Below, piece after piece: positions 58,923 through 64,000 of a stretch of DNA of 64,000 nt. Numbering within the stretch: position 1 is the stretch's first letter; each line of letters begins with the position of its first letter. Source of the DNA: Macrostomum hystrix (Eukaryota; Animalia; Platyhelminthes); the NCBI GenBank assembly GCA_950097015.1, contig CATNEN010000038.1, positions 2,976,001 to 3,040,000 of the forward strand, in the 5' to 3' direction. A model generated the notes under the pieces. That model did not search any database. It had not been told where the DNA came from and worked only from the letters and a program-made list of their open reading frames with translations. The position numbers and the translations under genes are program-made.

Positions 58923-61900
58923 GTAAAACTGCCATTTTTTTGGAAATCGATTTTACGCAAACTCATTTCCAGCGCACATTTTTTCTGGCACGGAGAAAAG
59001 TTGAGACACAAAAGTTGCGGGCAGGCCTGGCCCAGGCGAGGCAGGAAAGCGATTTTTCAATTTCCTCATAGTCTATGATAAAAGTGCAAAAAACATACTT
59101 TTAGGTACTGCTTTTTTGGGTTACATTTTCCAGCGCAGCTCCCCAAGGGCTGAATCGATTGTCACGCGGGTGGTGTCTTTTTTTTCTACTCGGTGAGTTC
59201 TTTCCAGCGAGGTGTGACTCAATGGACTGCGAGTGTACCGCGCGCCTGATATCTGATGAAGCAAGTGTAAAATATGGCGCAGCCAGATTTTACACTTGCG
59301 TGCTGCACGGTACTGCAGCTGAATGGCAGGTAGTTGCACTGCGCAAGTGGTGTCAAAAATTCGGCACGGATGCCTGCTACACGACGCTATGCAAGGCGAC
59401 TCTATGCAATGCACGGTTATCAAGCAGTACTGGGAAATGCAGTGCAAAACGTGCATTTTTGCCGTTTTCTCGAAAATGCATGCCGACCTTGGTGGAGTCA
59501 AAAATTTTTTTTTCGAAGACAAACAGTCGGACAGCTTAGCCGCAAGCGATGTAGTATGCACAACATTAGGGCACATGACATACTGAGTCGGCGTTGATAA
59601 AAGTACATCGCAAGTGTATTAAAAGTACATAATAGTGCACATACACTTTCGTGAAACATTAGTATTTTTCTCCTTTCGACGCGCGCATTTCGCGAAATCC
59701 GGCTCCGAATTTGTCGAATGATGCGTCAATCTACTGGAAATATTGTTTTGCGTCTAACAAGATATTGCGCGCACCTTTCGGCCCTACCCGGGCTGAGAAA
59801 GTCCACCCAGACTGGTGAAAGGTCGGGTTCGGGACCGGTGCAGACTTTGCTGTGCTCAAACCTACGGCTGGAGGCGAAAAGGGCGTAATACTCCTTGAGC
59901 TTGGTATTTAAAGATGCACATCCCATGTGGGTATATGGGAAAAATACTGCCGTCGATACACGTATTACCTGTTAGGATTAGTACCTGAAAATGTAATTAT
60001 GCACAGCGTGTACTTTGTGCATATTTGTGTGTACTTTTGTGTATAAGTCTGCGAATTCCTGATGGCTTTAAGCGCGGATGGCTTCAATCGACGCGGAATG
60101 TTGTCTACATTCCAACGACATCTCACACGGCTAGATTGGTTAACGTGTGTCGTGTCTGGATCCTATTGAGTACATGAAGGTAAGGGGTACAAATTTTGGA
60201 CACTATCATTTTTGAAGCATCCGTTATTTGCTATTGAAAGATTTTGCAAGTTCCGTTGATGATAAACAGTATCTGTGGTAGTTAAACTTTTTTTGGTTGC
60301 TTGCCGTTTGGCAAACGGTTTTCATTTTGATGATTAAATCCTAAATGATTGCAACTTTTTTAGCTTCTTCATTGATAAACCGACCGCCTCGCAGAAAATG
60401 CTTGCGTCGAGATTTTTGAATTGCTTTTATTAAAACAAGTGCATATTCAGTTTCTGCATTTTTTGTGCATCTAAATGCAGGAAGGAATGTAGCAGTCAGT
60501 AGAAATCACCTTATGTTGTATTTCCTTTTAGCGCGCACGTCTTAGTGTCGTTGAAACTTTTTATTTGAACATTATCGCCTTTCAGGACGTGTTTTGACGC
60601 TTGTCACATCACACACGCGCAGGCCTTTGATTTGTCTGGGTTTTTTACTTTTGCATGGATAATGTAATTGATGCGCATTTAAATGTCGGTCTTCATTGTC
60701 GTGTTGATAATGTCGATTATACTCTTTTATTGACTCACTTCTTGCAGTATTCGAAAGTATATGCCATATGCACAAAAAGTGCATTTATATTCTCTTACAA
60801 AGTCTTATTAATAATGTTCAATACGTAGGATGCCTTTTTATTGAATTAACACTATGTTACAGTCATCACAAATTTTGTGCAAGTGATGACATCTTAGATA
60901 TTTAAATTCAGGTCAAAAAGTCTGCTTCAAGCTGTGTAATATTTTCCCTATCTTTTCTATGCATTTATACTTAATTGCTTTTAATGTACTTGGCCAGTCA
61001 TATGAATCATTATTCTCCTTTATAAATTTGCTCTAGCACATAATGGTGCTATTGTAAGATTAGTTTTAATCTAATTAAAAAAATGTCTTAGCCAGCCCTC
61101 AATAGGCCTAGTCAATTTAATTTTGCATTTAAATTGCATTTAATTGCTGCTTATATGCTGTGCATATAGCCTCCACTTTTCAAGTCATCGAATCGCTTTT
61201 TAATTGTGTAAATTTCGCTGATTGTATTCCAGTTGCATGCAGTAATTTGGAATTTCATTCAAGTTTAATAAATGGCTGGCTTGTTTGTATTTCATATCGT
61301 ATGTTCCCTTGTTGACATGTACAGATTTTCTGGCTTAAATGGAGTATACATTATAAAATTAGGCTGAAGGCCTATTATCCATAGGCTTAGAGTGAAAGTA
61401 TAATAGAAAATGTATATGAAATAGTATTAATTATCCAGGTTTTGCTGATCTGTCCACCAGTCCAGTCATTGGTTTCAACTGCATATTGGAGCCTCCAATT
61501 TGGAGGAAAACCTGGTAGCCGGACTTAATCGGCTTAAGAGTCAGATTTATCTCCAAAGAAGCAGTAGCTGCAGCCTCTGGTCCCAATCAAGGCAGGCACA
61601 GGAAGCTGCATACATATGCCATAGGACTGCAGTTGGGCACCTCTAACAGATGGCCATTGACACAGAGCCAGATGCCCTGGAAGGCACAGGGTATCTGCAA
61701 GAGCAGCACAGTGGAGGGCATAGGCACTGACAACCAATGAACCAAATCCATGAGAAAATTTAATGTGTCTTCACACTTGCATCCATTATTAAATCCTTGT
61801 AGTCCTAGTATCAAGGTAGTAGTGATCAGAAGCCTTGAATTGATATATAATGAACCAAAGGCACTTTTGAGCTTTGAGGCTTTGAAGTTTCAAGATGTAT

Positions 61901-62391
61901 TTTACATATTCTATTCCCACATGTCATCCCATCTATTGTTTAATCGTCCATCATCTCATAGGGGGGCTATTATCCATAGGCTTAGAGTGGAAGGCCTATT
62001 AAAGGCATATGTATTATTAAATTATTGCGCTCGTAGTAGTAGAATCAGAAACATGTATATACATAAATGTGTAAATATGAACATGAAAATGAAATTATGG
62101 AATGAAATTTGCACAGGTATTTCATGCAGAGATAAAAAGTCCCATTGCAGCTATCATTCATTCATAATAAAAATGGCAGCATGCAACACAGCAAGTGAAA
62201 CATCATGCAAGCCTGACAAGCTGCATGATGATGTGTCTGTCAGGAGTACTGATGTGTGAGTAGTTCTCCAATCCATTGCAATTCCATGTGTGGAAATCCC
62301 ATCAAAGAAATTCCCATCCTGTCTCTCTCTCTCTCTTTATTTGGTGATATTAGTGATGTACTAATTTAGTATTGTTACTTTCATATCACAG

Positions 62392-64000
62392 GACGAGCAG
62401 TGACATCCGTGCTCCAATTCGTAGTCGCGGCCGGCCGTCAAAGCAGCGGAAGTTGGCTGCACGTGGGCCTGCTGGTGCCGCTGCATTGGGCGATTCTTCC
62501 TCGAAGCAAGTGCCTCCGGTGTCAAGTGAAGTAGGAGCTGCTTCGAAAAGGAGCACTGAGGAATCGCCCAATCCGCTTCAACAGACGGACAGCTGGCGTC
62601 CAGTTACATCCAGGCTGGGCATACCGAGGAAGAGCAAGCCCGTGTCGGCCACCGCGGCAGAGAAGCCAAGACAGGTTGTCGTCCACTCTGGAGTTGCCGT
62701 GGCAAATCGGTGGGACTGCCTGTCTGAGGTGAACGAGGCGGAGGTCGTACCAGAGGCCATGGACAGCAGTGTCATCAGCGACTGTGGATCGTCATTGTCC
62801 CTGGACTGTGCGTCGGTTGCGGATGGTGGGCTCCGAAGATCCAGTCGGATCAGGCGCATTACGCGATGCGCATGTTGCAACGAGGAATTGTCGCACAGTT
62901 CTTCAAGCTCGAGAGCGTCTTCTAGAGCTAGCGCACGTTCGAATGTGTCCACAGCTGTAGGCAATCCGGAAGGAAGGATCCCAGCTGACATCCGTGGGGC
63001 GTCTGGCAAAGCCGCTGGTGCCGCATCGAAGCCGCGCAAGGAATGTGCGCGCCGAAAACGTCAGCAGGCAGTTGAGTCGCGATCAAGCATCGAATTACCG
63101 GTCTCGGAACCAGCGGTAGCAGCCTTTGCGGTCGACTTGGGCTTGGATGATGGAGTGGGTTGCCAGCAAGACAACGTGTCGCAACCGGCTATTGATGTGC
63201 TTGCGTCAAATGGTACGTATTTAGTTATTACTTGTATTTGAGCATATTTGATAGAGAATGGGCATTTCGTGATTGATGACAGAGAATATTATACAGTAAG
63301 TATGTTTCTATGGAATGGAAAAGGTTTATGGTCTGAACGCATATTATATTTTTCTCCTCAACTGCTGCATTAGCTGTCAATCTTAGCTAACAGGCTGAAA
63401 GTTTAATATTAGCCAAAATAATTCCTTATTCGAAAGTGGACGAATTTTTATTACATTGTTGTGCTGAACAAACGTTTTACATTTAAGTTCAAATCTGTCG
63501 CCTACATTGCGCCGATAACATATGTACCTATTTATCAGGCGTACAAGTGGCTGCAGCTGCTGAACTGGTGCCGAATTTGAACGGAGATTCAGAGCCAACG
63601 TGGATCCCATGGGAAGATTGCCGCGTTATCCGAATTGATGGAGACGGCAATTGTTTCTTCCATGCAGTGTGTCAACAGCTGCTAGGTACGCCGTTGGAGA
63701 CGAACTTCGTAAACCTGCGAGAACGAGTAGCTACCGAGGCATATGCTATGCTGAGTGAATGGCACAAGGATGGTCGCATTTTTGGGGACATTGACAATAT
63801 TCTTTTGAACTGCTTTACGGAAGGACAAGACGTTCCTGACGAAATTCCTCCTGTTGTCGGTTACATATTGGGAGTGGAAATTTATATCTATGGCCCAAAT
63901 GGTGTTCGGCTGCAGTATTGCCCGTGCAAAGGCAAACCTGCTGCTACCGTGCGTCTGCAGCTGGTGAACGAGCACTACAGTGCTCTGACGGTGGTAGCTG
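62392..64000 (+). CDS. Partial multi-exon gene with an OTU-family cysteine protease domain, possibly transposon-encoded; continues beyond the window
   Basis: Exon 62392-63212 (Ser/Arg-rich, disordered) splices in phase 1 (AATG|gtacgt ... tttatcag|GC) to exon 63539-64000. That exon reads ..RVIRIDGDGNCFFHAVCQQL..LRERVA..LGVEIYIY..VRLQLVNEHYSAL, with the OTU DGNC and HY motifs intact. It is not in the supplied ORF track. Confidence 0.75.

Overview
Eukaryotic (metazoan) genomic DNA, not prokaryotic. GC3-rich exons with GT-AG introns are embedded among about 20 unrelated minisatellite arrays (15-52 bp units). This organisation resembles the free-living flatworm Macrostomum; that taxon call is inference only. 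Supported genes: (1) a two-exon CYP2-clan cytochrome P450 (- strand, 5295-6960); (2) a single-exon two-TM protein (- strand, 10112-11251); (3) a 12-exon GAF-GAF-PDEase of the PDE5/6/11 type (+ strand, 16874-27395, ~819 aa) with a GC-AG intron and a degenerate H-loop; (4) a 7-exon ~704 aa orphan gene (- strand, 28090-31657); (5) four head-to-tail, intronless, type-II membrane FkbM-family SAM methyltransferases (- strand, 33.4-50.0 kb; one copy frameshifted); (6) an OTU-protease-containing gene running off the right end. Mobile DNA: a tRNA-derived SINE (several copies, two of them inverted around the PDE catalytic exon), a CORE-like SINE, an RTE-type LINE remnant, a Crypton/DUF3504-like remnant, and a decayed Polinton/Maverick virus block (major capsid, core protein, protease traces). 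The best candidate for an undescribed system is the diversifying array of predicted Golgi-lumenal FkbM methyltransferases, which may be invertebrate glycan O-methyltransferases. All calls are from reading motifs by eye; no searches were run.
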